DNA of 37,750 nucleotides from Patescibacteria group bacterium (GTDB lineage Bacteria > Patescibacteriota > Minisyncoccia > Phycocordibacterales > JACOZG01). The notes under the pieces were generated by a model. It did not search any database. It was not told the DNA's origin and was given only the letters and a program-made list of their open reading frames with translations. Positions 1-8,950 of the stretch are shown here, piece after piece. The stretch covers positions 1-37,750 of the forward strand of contig JBBTRZ010000010.1 of assembly GCA_038064935.1 (NCBI GenBank), given 5' to 3'. Positions within the stretch are counted from its first letter, which is position 1; each line of letters opens with the position of its first letter. Position numbers and translations under genes: made by a program.

Positions 1-53
1 ATTTATTGTCTAACCGTGGACCGCTTGGTAACAGTTTCAAGTGGCTAAAGGGG
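1..53. repeat. Left copy of a 53-bp inverted repeat at the window ends
   Basis: 1-53 is the exact reverse complement of 37696-37748. Confidence 0.95.
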
Positions 54-58
54 GGAAT

Positions 59-87
59 TTGAACTTGATTTTAAAAGACGCTATACT
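59..87 (+). promoter_or_regulatory. Sigma70-type promoter upstream of the mini-ORF/pemK unit
   Basis: TTGAAC-17 nt-TATACT. Confidence 0.55.
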
Positions 88-115
88 TCGTTAACAAAGG
101 TAATCTAAAAATATT

Positions 116-175
116 ATGCTTGATAATTGGAAACGGATAATTCGGTCGGGGTTCGTTAATTTCTGGTGTCACTAG
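116..175 (+). pseudogene. Duplicated 5' end of ftsX, forming a 19-aa mini-ORF (MLDNWKRIIRSGFVNFWCH)
   Basis: First 17 codons encode the same peptide as ftsX 754-804; 47/51 nt identical and all 4 differences are synonymous. Confidence 0.85.
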
Positions 176-188
176 GGGGAGTTTTTGT

Positions 189-578
189 ATGCAAAAAGAT
201 TTTCAGAAGTGGCATAGGAAAAAGGAGTCAATCAATAATTTTTCTAAACCGCCGTTTTTTCATGAACGAGAAATTTGGTGGTGTAAAATTGGTGTAAATA
301 TTGGATTTGAGCAGGACGGCGGCGGTGAAGATTTTTTGCGACCAGTGATTGTGTTTAGAAAATTCAACAACGAAATTTTTTGGGCTATTCCACTTACTCA
401 CACCCGAAAGAAAACAAAATACTATTTTGAATTCGTCCTTGGTCAAAAGATTTCAAGCGTGGCTATTTTGTCGCAAATACGACTTATTGATGCTCGTCGT
501 TTGAGTCACAAGCTGGGTGATTTACGCGAGGTTGATTTCCTAGAATTAACAAAGCGGTTCAAGGCACTTTTACCTTGA
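189..578 (+). CDS. PemK/MazF-family endoribonuclease toxin (orphan)
   Basis: EIWW..G.N.G.EQ.G....RPV motif, AIPLT and SQIR.ID..RL are typical PemK/MazF signatures; GGGAG SD upstream. Confidence 0.88.
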   Translation: MQKDFQKWHRKKESINNFSKPPFFHEREIWWCKIGVNIGFEQDGGGEDFLRPVIVFRKFNNEIFWAIPLTHTRKKTKYYFEFVLGQKISSVAILSQIRLIDARRLSHKLGDLREVDFLELTKRFKALLP

Positions 579-634
579 ACCGCTTTGTTTTATTACCTCC
601 ACCTTTCGGCGGAGTCGGGCCGAAGCCATTTGTA
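548..634 (-). ncRNA. Candidate antisense sRNA overlapping the pemK 3' end
   Basis: Minus-strand promoter TTGACT(667-662)-16 nt-TATACT(645-640); small hairpins GGC-UUCG-GCC and CUCCGCC-GAAA-GGUGGAG; perfect 17-bp hairpin at 548-589. Confidence 0.5.
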
Positions 635-753
635 CTCCAAGTATAATCACCGGTGTTAATAAGTCAAGTGGTTGGGTTAATGATCCCGTGCTATAGTTTC
701 CATGTCTGATTAAAAACCAAATCCTCTCCACCTTCAAGTTCACAAAATAAATC

Positions 754-1668
754 ATGCTCGATAATTGGAAACGGATAATTCGGTCGGGGTTCGTCAACTT
801 TTGGCGAAGTGGCGTGGTGTCACTCTCTTCAGTTATTGTCCTCACGGTGACTCTGTTCGTGATTGGTAGCTTGATTTTAGCCCAAGCCTTTCTTGCCGCC
901 TCCCTTGAGGAGATTAAAGCTAAAGTGGATATTAGTGTTTCCTTCCAACCCGACGCAACCGAAGAAGAAGTGCTGGCTTTCAAACAGGATTTGCTTTCGT
1001 TGCCGGAAGTGGCAGAGGTGATCTATCGGTCGCGAGACCAAGAATATAACGATTTCAAAGCGCGGAACCAAGACAACGACCTCATCATGCGATCGCTCGA
1101 AGAGGTTGGCAATCCCTTCATGGCGCGGCTCAACATCACGGCGACCGACCCCTCACAGTATGAAAACATTGCCGCCTTCCTCCAAAGTGAGAGCGCTCTC
1201 GTGGCCGGCGGCCGCAACATTATTTATCAAGTCAATTTCAAGAAAGCGAGTGTTGACGCTCTTTCGACTATCATCATCGCAACCCAACGCGTGAGCTTCG
1301 CCCTTGCCCTTCTCGCTGTCTTCGTCTCCTTGATCGTCACTTTCAACACCATCTCGCTCACGATTTACATTTCCCGCGAAGAAATTTCGGTGATGCGATT
1401 GGTTGGAGCCGATAATCGTTATATTCGCGGACCCTTCATTGTGGAGGGGATTATTGCCGGCTTCTTCGCCGCCTGGCTTGCCCTTGCCCTCCTGTATCCC
1501 TCCGCGATCTGGGTGAAAAACGCGACCAGCGGCATTAGCGGGAGTCTCAATCTGGCCACCTACTATCTCGATCATTTCACTTCGCTCGCCTTAACCCTCC
1601 TACTCGCCGGTCTCTTCGTGAGCACCCTAGCAAGCGTGCTTGCGATTCGAAAACATCTCCGAATTTAA
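754..1668 (+). CDS. ftsX: Cell division permease-like protein FtsX
   Basis: N-terminal TM, extracellular loop, REEI.VMRLVGA...IRGPFIVEG motif, three C-terminal TMs. Confidence 0.9.
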   Translation: MLDNWKRIIRSGFVNFWRSGVVSLSSVIVLTVTLFVIGSLILAQAFLAASLEEIKAKVDISVSFQPDATEEEVLAFKQDLLSLPEVAEVIYRSRDQEYNDFKARNQDNDLIMRSLEEVGNPFMARLNITATDPSQYENIAAFLQSESALVAGGRNIIYQVNFKKASVDALSTIIIATQRVSFALALLAVFVSLIVTFNTISLTIYISREEISVMRLVGADNRYIRGPFIVEGIIAGFFAAWLALALLYPSAIWVKNATSGISGSLNLATYYLDHFTSLALTLLLAGLFVSTLASVLAIRKHLRI

Positions 1669-1678
1669 TTCACTCACC

Positions 1679-3370
1679 GTGATTCGCCATAAGTATATCT
1701 TCGTGATTGGGGGCGTGATGTCCGGGGTTGGGAAGGGTGTCACCACCTCTTCGCTCGGCAAGATTCTCGCCGCGCGCGGTTTCCGCTTGAACCCGCTTAA
1801 AATTGATCCCTATCTCAATGTGGACGCCGGAACGATGAATCCGATTGAACATGGGGAGGTTTTCGTCCTCGATTCCGGCCTCGAATGTGATCAGGATATG
1901 GGGAATTATGAACGCTTCCTCGACATCAATATCCCGGCCGAGAATTATATGACGAGTGGTATGGTCTATAAATATGTGATTGATAAGGAGCGTTCGCTCG
2001 GTTACGGCGGCAAGTGCGTTGATCCGGTGCCTTATATCTCGGAAGAGATTCTGCGGCGGATCAAACGCTCGATCGATAAGACTAAAGCCGATATTTCGAT
2101 TATCGAAATCGGCGGGACGGTCGGTGAATATCAAAACACCATTTTTTTTGAAGCGGCCCGGATTCTTAAACTGAAACATCCGACTGATGTCCTTTTCGTG
2201 CTCGTTAGCTATCTGCCGATTCCGAATAAGGTGGGCGAGATGAAGACGAAACCGACCCAGTACGCGGTGCGAACGCTTAATTCTTACGGCATTCATCCCG
2301 ATATTATTATCGCCCGGAGCGATCGGCCGCTCGATCAGAAGCGGAAAGAGAAACTAGCTTTCTCGAGTAATGTTCCATCAGAAAATATAATTTCCGCGCC
2401 AGATGTGGATAACATTTACGAGATTCCGCTCAACTTCGAGAAAGATGGTTTGAGCGCCACCGTTCTCAAATTATTGAAGGTTCGGCCCCGGCAAGAAGAC
2501 CTCCAAGATTGGCGGCGGATGGTGGAACGGATGAAAACTGCCACCAAAGAAGTGCGGATTGGGGTGGTCGGCAAATATTTCAAGACCGGCGACTATGTTC
2601 TCTCGGATGTTTACATATCGGTGATTGAAGCGTTAAAGCACGCCGCCGGCGCTTTGGGACGAAAATTAGTTCTTGACTGGTTGGATGCCGGTGATTACTT
2701 CGCCGAAGGCGGGGAAAATCAAGAGGTGAAAAAACTGACGGAATTATTCCGCTACGACGGCATCCTCGTCCCCGGCGGTTTCGGCGAGCGCGGGGTGGAG
2801 GGGAAGATCGCGGTGATCAATCTTGTCCGCGAGCGGAAGATTCCATACTTCGGTCTCTGTTATGGAATGCAACTCGCGGTTGTGGAATACGCGCGTCAGG
2901 TGGCGGGACTCGCGGGAGCGCACACGACTGAAATTAATCCTGAGACTCCGGCGCCGGTCATTGATATTTTACCCGAACAAAAAAGTAAATTAGCCGCCGC
3001 CCAATACGGCGGCTCGATGCGCCTCGGCGCTTACCCGGCCGTCCTCATGAAGGGGAGTCAGGCCGAGGCGGCATACTTGCCCGACGGAGCTTTGGCGAAG
3101 GCGGCCGGCGCGGGAGAGGTAAGTGAACGCCATCGTCATCGTTATGAAGTTAATCCGGATTATGTCGAGCGGCTCGAAGCGGCGGGGCTCGTCTTCTCGG
3201 GCCGATCGCCCGATGGTCGGCTAATGGAAATTGTGGAATTGCCAAAATCTCAACACCCCTTTTTTCTCGGCACCCAATTTCACCCCGAATTCAAATCAAC
3301 GCCGCTTCACCCCCATCCGCTTTTTGTAGCTTTTCTAAAAGCCACGATGATGCAATCAAGTAAGAAGTAA
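1679..3370 (+). CDS. pyrG: CTP synthase
   Basis: KYIFV.GGVMSGVGKG, KIDPYLNVDAGTMNP.EHGEVFV, GLCYGMQ, ERHRHRYE, QFHPEF; start taken at GTG 1679 after the ftsX stop. Confidence 0.97.
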   Translation: MIRHKYIFVIGGVMSGVGKGVTTSSLGKILAARGFRLNPLKIDPYLNVDAGTMNPIEHGEVFVLDSGLECDQDMGNYERFLDINIPAENYMTSGMVYKYVIDKERSLGYGGKCVDPVPYISEEILRRIKRSIDKTKADISIIEIGGTVGEYQNTIFFEAARILKLKHPTDVLFVLVSYLPIPNKVGEMKTKPTQYAVRTLNSYGIHPDIIIARSDRPLDQKRKEKLAFSSNVPSENIISAPDVDNIYEIPLNFEKDGLSATVLKLLKVRPRQEDLQDWRRMVERMKTATKEVRIGVVGKYFKTGDYVLSDVYISVIEALKHAAGALGRKLVLDWLDAGDYFAEGGENQEVKKLTELFRYDGILVPGGFGERGVEGKIAVINLVRERKIPYFGLCYGMQLAVVEYARQVAGLAGAHTTEINPETPAPVIDILPEQKSKLAAAQYGGSMRLGAYPAVLMKGSQAEAAYLPDGALAKAAGAGEVSERHRHRYEVNPDYVERLEAAGLVFSGRSPDGRLMEIVELPKSQHPFFLGTQFHPEFKSTPLHPHPLFVAFLKATMMQSSKK

Positions 3371-3372
3371 TA

Positions 3373-3410
3373 AAAAGACCCATTCCGTGAACCGGCGGAA
3401 TGGGTCTTTT
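3373..3410. terminator. Bidirectional intrinsic terminator
   Basis: AAAAGACCCATTCC-10 nt-GGAATGGGTCTTTT between convergent genes. Confidence 0.85.
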
Positions 3411-3438
3411 GGGGTCTGATGGGTTTTCAGCCAAGTTT

Positions 3439-3861
3439 TTAATCGAGGATTTTTGGTGGCGGTCGGTGGCGCTTTTTTCGTAGCGATTGGAGTGAACGAA
3501 TCACTTCACGGGGAAGATTAACTGATCCGTCAACGGAATAATTAATCCACCGAGTGTCAGCGATCTCTAATGGATTCGGTCGAATGATTCCATCATCTGT
3601 TTCCACTAGAAAGATTGTTATCTCTCGGTGATTGTGACCTGATGGGGCGAAGTGGCGAAAGACTTCGGGGACACCACAAATTGACAGTCCGATTAATTTC
3701 TCACTCAATTCGCGCAACAGAGTTTCCAAAGGACTCTCGTTTGGCTTGGCGGTGCCACCGGGTAGAGACCATTGGCCGTTTGGTTCACGAACGATCAATA
3801 CCTCGCTATTCTTCTCAAAAATCGCTCCACTGACTTTGACTAACTCTTTTACCTTGGACAT
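3439..3861 (-). CDS. NUDIX hydrolase
   Basis: WSLPGG.....E.......REL.EK, a Nudix box with the last Glu replaced by Lys; strong SD AGGGAGG. Confidence 0.8.
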   Translation of the reverse strand: MSKVKELVKVSGAIFEKNSEVLIVREPNGQWSLPGGTAKPNESPLETLLRELSEKLIGLSICGVPEVFRHFAPSGHNHREITIFLVETDDGIIRPNPLEIADTRWINYSVDGSVNLPREVIRSLQSLRKKRHRPPPKILD

Positions 3862-3932
3862 AAATGTCCTCCCTTCTTCAACTCTTATAGCACAATCATA
3901 TTATTTTTGCTACAATCGGTTTATAAAATTAT

Positions 3933-4127
3933 ATGTCAAAAGATTGGACTGAAATATACAGGAAATATAAGGGTTTATGGGTGGCGTTGGCCGAAGATGA
4001 GGAGACGGTTATCTCCTTTCATAGAATCGCCCGTCAAGCTTTGGAACAGGCCAAAAGTAAAGGTTGTAAAAACCCAATTCTTACTCGGGTCCCAGAAGAC
4101 TTGAAAACATTTGTCGGTAGTTTATGA
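3933..4127 (+). CDS. Small protein, DUF5678-like
   Basis: Y.KYKG.WVAL.....VI.......A...A...G...P pattern; stop overlaps the next ATG (ATGA). Confidence 0.7.
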   Translation: MSKDWTEIYRKYKGLWVALAEDEETVISFHRIARQALEQAKSKGCKNPILTRVPEDLKTFVGSL

Positions 4128-4525
4128 AATTTCGCTACAAAAGATATGGTAACGAAATAGTTAGACCAGTTATCCCGATTGGATTGAAGCTCGGTGATAG
4201 TAAGGTTGATTACGAAGTGTTGGTTGATTCCGGTGCCGACATATGTATCTTCCATGCAGAGATGGGAGAATTAATTGGTATTGATATTGCCAAAGGAAAA
4301 CCGCAAGAAATTTTTGGTGTGGGCGGAAAAGCATCGCTATATTATCTTCACAAGGTAATTATTGAAGTTGGTGGCTGGCCGCACGAAATTGAAGCTGGTT
4401 TTATGCCCAGCGTGGCTGGTCGAGTAATGAGATATGGGTTGGTTGGCCAGCGAGGATTTTTCGATATCTTTGTTGTCAAATTTGACCTTTTGAAAGAGGA
4501 AATTGAATTAAAAAAGAGAATCTGA
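4124..4525 (+). CDS. Retropepsin-like aspartyl protease
   Basis: RPVIPI, LVDSGAD catalytic motif, GVGG flap, GLVGQ.GFF. Confidence 0.8.
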   Translation: MKFRYKRYGNEIVRPVIPIGLKLGDSKVDYEVLVDSGADICIFHAEMGELIGIDIAKGKPQEIFGVGGKASLYYLHKVIIEVGGWPHEIEAGFMPSVAGRVMRYGLVGQRGFFDIFVVKFDLLKEEIELKKRI

Positions 4526-4527
4526 CT

Positions 4528-4718
4528 ATGAACCAAATAAAATTCGGGAAATATCAGCATTATAAAACCCAAAAAAATTACGAAGTGATTGGCGTGGCGC
4601 AGCATAGTGAGACGCTTTTGGCGAGAATGCTTTATGGGTCCGGCCGATAAAAATGTTTCTGGAGATGGTTGAATTTGAAGGTAAAAAAGTGCCGCGGTTT
4701 AAGTATCTAGAATTATGA
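4528..4718 (+). pseudogene. DUF1653-family gene with internal deletion and frameshift
   Basis: One frame gives MNQIKFGKYQHYKTQKNYEVIGVAQHSETL; a shifted frame gives GENALWVRPIKMFLEMVEFEGKKVPRFKYLEL; the usual EELVVY.ALY segment is missing. Confidence 0.75.
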
Positions 4719-5038
4719 TCACTTACGACGAATTTAAGAAAGTGGAACTCAAGATCGGGGAAATAAAAACCGCCGAGCGCGTGGTGGGGTCCGAGAAATT
4801 GCTTAAGCTCGCGGTGGAGATAGGCGGAGCCGCGCCGCGGCAGATTATCGCGGGGATTGGGAAAGTTTATGAGCCAGAAACTTTGCTGGGCAAGCAGATT
4901 GTGATCGTCACCAATCTCGAACCGCGGATAATTATGGGCCTCGAGAGTCAAGGTATGGTCCTCGCGGCCGACGGCGCGAGCGGCCCCGTTGTTCTTCTTC
5001 CCGAACGGTCAGTCGCGACTGGAGCGATGCTTAAGTAG
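4715..5038 (+). CDS. Stand-alone tRNA-binding OB-fold protein (MetG C-terminal/Trbp111/CsaA family)
   Basis: ITYDEF.KVELKIG.I..AE.V.GSEKLLKL, NLEPR..MGLESQGM.LAA. Confidence 0.9.
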   Translation: MITYDEFKKVELKIGEIKTAERVVGSEKLLKLAVEIGGAAPRQIIAGIGKVYEPETLLGKQIVIVTNLEPRIIMGLESQGMVLAADGASGPVVLLPERSVATGAMLK

Positions 5039-5045
5039 AATTTAA

Positions 5046-5624
5046 ATGAAAAAAGTTAAGCGTTGCGTTTGGCCCGGGACGGATCCGCTCATGATCGCTT
5101 ATCACGATACTGAATGGGGTGTGCCGTGTCGCAATGATCAGAAACTTTTTGAGTATATGATGCTCGACACTTTCCAAGCCGGTTTGAGTTGGCAAATTAT
5201 TTTGCGGAAACGCGAGAATTTCCGGCGCGCTTTTAGCAATTTCGACGCGTCGAAAATTGCCTGTTATTCCGAAGCGAAATTGGCTAAACTCTTGGCTGAT
5301 CCGGGTATCATTCGCAATCGCTTGAAAATTAAAGGGACGGTCAAGAATACCCAAGCCTATCTGCAAATCCAAAAAGAGTTCGGTTCTTTTGCCGACTACT
5401 TGTGGTCGTTTGTCGCTAACCAACCGATTATTCATCGACATCAGCGTGATAGCCAAATTGCCGCCTCCAATCGAGAGTCTGATGCTTTAAGTTTCGATCT
5501 CAAACATCGCGGTTTCTCGTTTGTCGGCACTACAATTTGTTATGCCTTCATGCAGGGTGCCGGCTTAATAAACGACCATTTAACAAGCTGTTTTAGACAT
5601 GTCCAAGTTTCTCCGCAGAAATAA
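5046..5624 (+). CDS. tag: DNA-3-methyladenine glycosylase I
   Basis: RC.W, YHD.EWG.P, FQAGLSW..IL.KRE.FR.AF, IIRNRLKI, NDH..SC. Confidence 0.95.
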   Translation: MKKVKRCVWPGTDPLMIAYHDTEWGVPCRNDQKLFEYMMLDTFQAGLSWQIILRKRENFRRAFSNFDASKIACYSEAKLAKLLADPGIIRNRLKIKGTVKNTQAYLQIQKEFGSFADYLWSFVANQPIIHRHQRDSQIAASNRESDALSFDLKHRGFSFVGTTICYAFMQGAGLINDHLTSCFRHVQVSPQK

Positions 5625-5630
5625 TATGAC

Positions 5631-6494
5631 TTATCGAGATTTGAACCCGCGTTGGAAGTCGGCGTAAGCCATCTCCCGCTTCCCTTCGGGTTTAACCTTT
5701 TCGATCACTAGTTGATTGTCGGTGAGGTAGGCCGCGGTAATAATGACTCGCACTTTTCTGCCGTGGCGTTCGACGAAAAAATAAGTGCCGACGGAGCCAT
5801 AATGGGCGAGGAATTTACGGTAATTAATTATCGGGTTCTCGGCTAAGTCAATCAAGCCATCTTCTTTTTTGATTTTCTTGGTGTAAGTGGCGCGATCATG
5901 ATCTTGGGGCGCGGATTTAATTCCCCCCTCGACGAAACGCACCGCGGTGTCGAGAAATAATTTAGCGCCTAGTTTAGCTAACTGGTCCCTAAGTTCAATA
6001 AAGTTTTGCGTTTTTAGTTTTACGCTTTCCATTTTTAGGCTCGGGCCGTGGTCGAGTTTCTCGTCAAGGAGCATGAGGGTGACGCCAGTTTCGGTGATGC
6101 CGTCTAAGATGGCGCTTTGAATTGGCGTTGGGCCCCGGTAGGCGGGCAAGAGCGAGGGATGAAGATTAAGCGTGCCGTGTTTAGGTAGGTCAAGAACGGC
6201 CGCGGGAATAAGTTTGCCGTAAGAAGCGACGAGAAATAACTTATAGGGGATAGCTTCTAGCTTATAGGGGATAGTTTTTAGATTATCGGGTTGAATGCAG
6301 GGGGTGCCATTATTTTCGGCCCAGAGTTTGACGGGTGGGGGAGTGAGTTGGAGATATTTGCCTCGTGGTTTATCGGGGATCGTGACAATAAGTTCCGGTC
6401 GACAATCAGCTTTTTTTAGTTCATCAAGGACCATGACGGCAAATTCGTCTGTCCCGAAAAAAGCGAAGTTGGGAAAGTTAATCAAATTAACCAT
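5631..6494 (-). CDS. fmt: Methionyl-tRNA formyltransferase
   Basis: FFGT..FA, NLHPSLLP.YRGP.PIQ, GVT.M..DE.LD.GP; follows def. Confidence 0.93.
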   Translation of the reverse strand: MVNLINFPNFAFFGTDEFAVMVLDELKKADCRPELIVTIPDKPRGKYLQLTPPPVKLWAENNGTPCIQPDNLKTIPYKLEAIPYKLFLVASYGKLIPAAVLDLPKHGTLNLHPSLLPAYRGPTPIQSAILDGITETGVTLMLLDEKLDHGPSLKMESVKLKTQNFIELRDQLAKLGAKLFLDTAVRFVEGGIKSAPQDHDRATYTKKIKKEDGLIDLAENPIINYRKFLAHYGSVGTYFFVERHGRKVRVIITAAYLTDNQLVIEKVKPEGKREMAYADFQRGFKSR

Positions 6495-6984
6495 GGACGA
6501 CATTGCGAGCATGATCAATGAAGAGAACTCCGTCGAGATGCTCGATCTCGTGCTGGAAGACTTGAGCCATTAACCCTGAGGCGTGGTGAATTAATTTCTT
6601 ACCCGTCGCGTCGAAGGCCGCGACACTGACTCGTTCATAGCGTCGAGTGACACCATAATAATCCTTGACGCTCAAACAGCCCTCGGTGCATTCGATTTGT
6701 CGGCGCGAGCGGCGAGTGATGATCGGGTTCACGAAGACGAGATCATGAGACCACGACTGTGTCAGATCGCGTTCGGGGAAGGCGCGCCGCCCGACGATAA
6801 ACACTCGCCACGCCTCGCCAATCTGCGGCGCGGCGAGAGCGACGCCATCAGGCGAGGCCGAGAGGGTGGCTGACATCTTGGCAATCAGTTGGTCAAGCCA
6901 CGGTGACGGCAGATCACTGATTGGCACCGCTTGAGCAAGTTGGCGGAGTACGGGATCGGGATTTTGTCTAACACGTAGGATCAT
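6487..6984 (-). CDS. def: Peptide deformylase
   Basis: GVALAAPQIG, EGCLS, QHEIEHLDG. Confidence 0.95.
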   Translation of the reverse strand: MILRVRQNPDPVLRQLAQAVPISDLPSPWLDQLIAKMSATLSASPDGVALAAPQIGEAWRVFIVGRRAFPERDLTQSWSHDLVFVNPIITRRSRRQIECTEGCLSVKDYYGVTRRYERVSVAAFDATGKKLIHHASGLMAQVFQHEIEHLDGVLFIDHARNVVHG

Positions 6985-6990
6985 AATAAT

Positions 6991-8886
6991 TTAGAGCAAA
7001 CTGTCCGGGTCGACATCAATGACGAAAGCTGGTGGCAGAGATTTCAATTGCTCGAGGAGAGCGGGTTCCGGCCAATCATTCGGCCGGCGTTTGATGAGGA
7101 GATGCAGGCGGTATTCGCCGGAGATGACCGGGATAAAAGCGGGGAAAACTTCCGGCTCGTAGCTTGCCAGTTGATCGGCCAAAGTTTTCATTGCGAGCCG
7201 CACTTGGGCTCGTTCACCGGAGAGAGCAACTTTGATAAAGGTTTGGAAGGGCGGATAGCCGTATTGTTTGCGTTCGGCAATTTCCGTTCGATAGAAATCG
7301 AGGAGATTTCCCTTGAGCGCCTGATCGAAGAGACGCACCCGGACATTCCTAGTTTGAATAATAAATTGTTTGGTCGTGAGCGCGCGGAGCCGGATTAGAA
7401 GCCCGAAGACTCGCTCATTGATACGATAGTCGGGAAGAGCGAAGAGCGAGTCCAGCGCGACGATGGCTACATTCTCAATCCGTTCCTTGAGATAATAGAG
7501 GGCGAGTTCGGTGCCGAGAAGGACACTACCGGGGGTCGAGAGGAAGCGTTTAATCGTGGCCCCCGGCACAGAGCCGCCGCGGACGCTGTCACTGTCGAGT
7601 TTGAAGAGGCGAAGTCGCGGAAAATGCTCTTCGAGTTCGCGGGCCACTCGATCAATGCCGATACCCAATTCCAAAAGCCGCCAGCCGCCGCAGTGGCGGC
7701 ACTTCTCGGCGGCACTCCGCCTCGCCCCACACCGATGACAGATAAAAATTGTTTCCGCGCCGTCTTCTTCCATCCCCGCAGGGTGAAGCACTGTCGGCGC
7801 TTCACAATTATCGCACTCGACGGTCGCGCCACAATCTTGACAGATGACGACTGGAGCCAAACCGCGACGGTGAGTGAAGAGAAAAATTTTCTCATTCCGT
7901 TTCTCCACTTCGGCAATAGTAATAAGGAGTTCATCGCTCAACACTCGGAACTCGGTCGTCGGCATCTTCTTGACGGCAATCAAGGTCTGGGTGGCATTGG
8001 AAGCGGCATGGTGCTTCAGGGTAGCGAGCGGCTCGATTTCACCTTGATCAGCCCGATAAGCCGTCTCGGTTCGAAGCACCGCATCACCTAAAACAAAAGT
8101 CGCTTCCGACGCTTCCGCCAGATACTCGGCGAACCGACGATGATCGAGGAAGGGGCGAGCTGAAGATTTATAAGTTTGAGTGTTTTCTCGATCAACGATA
8201 ATCGCCCGAATGTCGGTTCGCGGCAGGGATAAGAAGATCGGGGTGGCGATAATAAGGATCGGGTGAGTGAGATCGAGCGCGCGTTGCCAAGCGGTCGTGA
8301 GTTCACGGGTCGAGAGTTGGTGATGTAAAGCAATAGTGTATTCACTGATACCGCGCTCGAGTGACGCGACCGCACGCGTCACATCAATGACCGTTGGTAG
8401 ACACATGAAGACCGATCCGTGTTTGGCGAATTCGGCTCGGATCAAACTTTTATAATACGCTTGTCGTTCATCGTCGGGTTCTTGGAGGACAAATTTTTCG
8501 CCGGCCGCGCGCGGTTCGTCTTTGGATTCCTTGGCCACTCGGAGGGTGACTTTCGCCTCGAGAATTTTCGTCGGGACCAAACTCTTGAGTGTCAGACCAA
8601 GCGTTGCCGCGGCATAGTCGGCCGTCTGACGCGCGGCGACCATGAAAGAGGTAGTGAAGAATCGTTCGTGCTTGACGCGGATAATTTTCTTGAGTGGGTA
8701 ATCGGCCTTCTTGACTGCCAGCTTAAGTTCGTCCGCGGCTCGGACTTGGGTAACCAGAGCCGAAATCGTCCGACCCCGCAACGGGACCGAGACAATCGCT
8801 CCGGGTCCGACCGCCTCGCCGGTGAAATAAGTCAATTCTTCACGACTAATTCCCCTCGCGATGGGGATAACACTGACGATTTGCAT
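6991..8886 (-). CDS. priA: Primosomal protein N' (PriA-like, helicase motifs degenerate)
   Basis: N-terminal 3'-DNA-binding region, RRG plus four CxxC zinc pairs, IIQT, YPPF; no intact Walker A. Confidence 0.85.
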   Translation of the reverse strand: MQIVSVIPIARGISREELTYFTGEAVGPGAIVSVPLRGRTISALVTQVRAADELKLAVKKADYPLKKIIRVKHERFFTTSFMVAARQTADYAAATLGLTLKSLVPTKILEAKVTLRVAKESKDEPRAAGEKFVLQEPDDERQAYYKSLIRAEFAKHGSVFMCLPTVIDVTRAVASLERGISEYTIALHHQLSTRELTTAWQRALDLTHPILIIATPIFLSLPRTDIRAIIVDRENTQTYKSSARPFLDHRRFAEYLAEASEATFVLGDAVLRTETAYRADQGEIEPLATLKHHAASNATQTLIAVKKMPTTEFRVLSDELLITIAEVEKRNEKIFLFTHRRGLAPVVICQDCGATVECDNCEAPTVLHPAGMEEDGAETIFICHRCGARRSAAEKCRHCGGWRLLELGIGIDRVARELEEHFPRLRLFKLDSDSVRGGSVPGATIKRFLSTPGSVLLGTELALYYLKERIENVAIVALDSLFALPDYRINERVFGLLIRLRALTTKQFIIQTRNVRVRLFDQALKGNLLDFYRTEIAERKQYGYPPFQTFIKVALSGERAQVRLAMKTLADQLASYEPEVFPAFIPVISGEYRLHLLIKRRPNDWPEPALLEQLKSLPPAFVIDVDPDSLL

Positions 8887-8950
8887 TATTTCACCATAAC
8901 ATATTTTCTGTTTTTTTCCACTAAATCTGTTTTTGTATTATAATTCCAGT

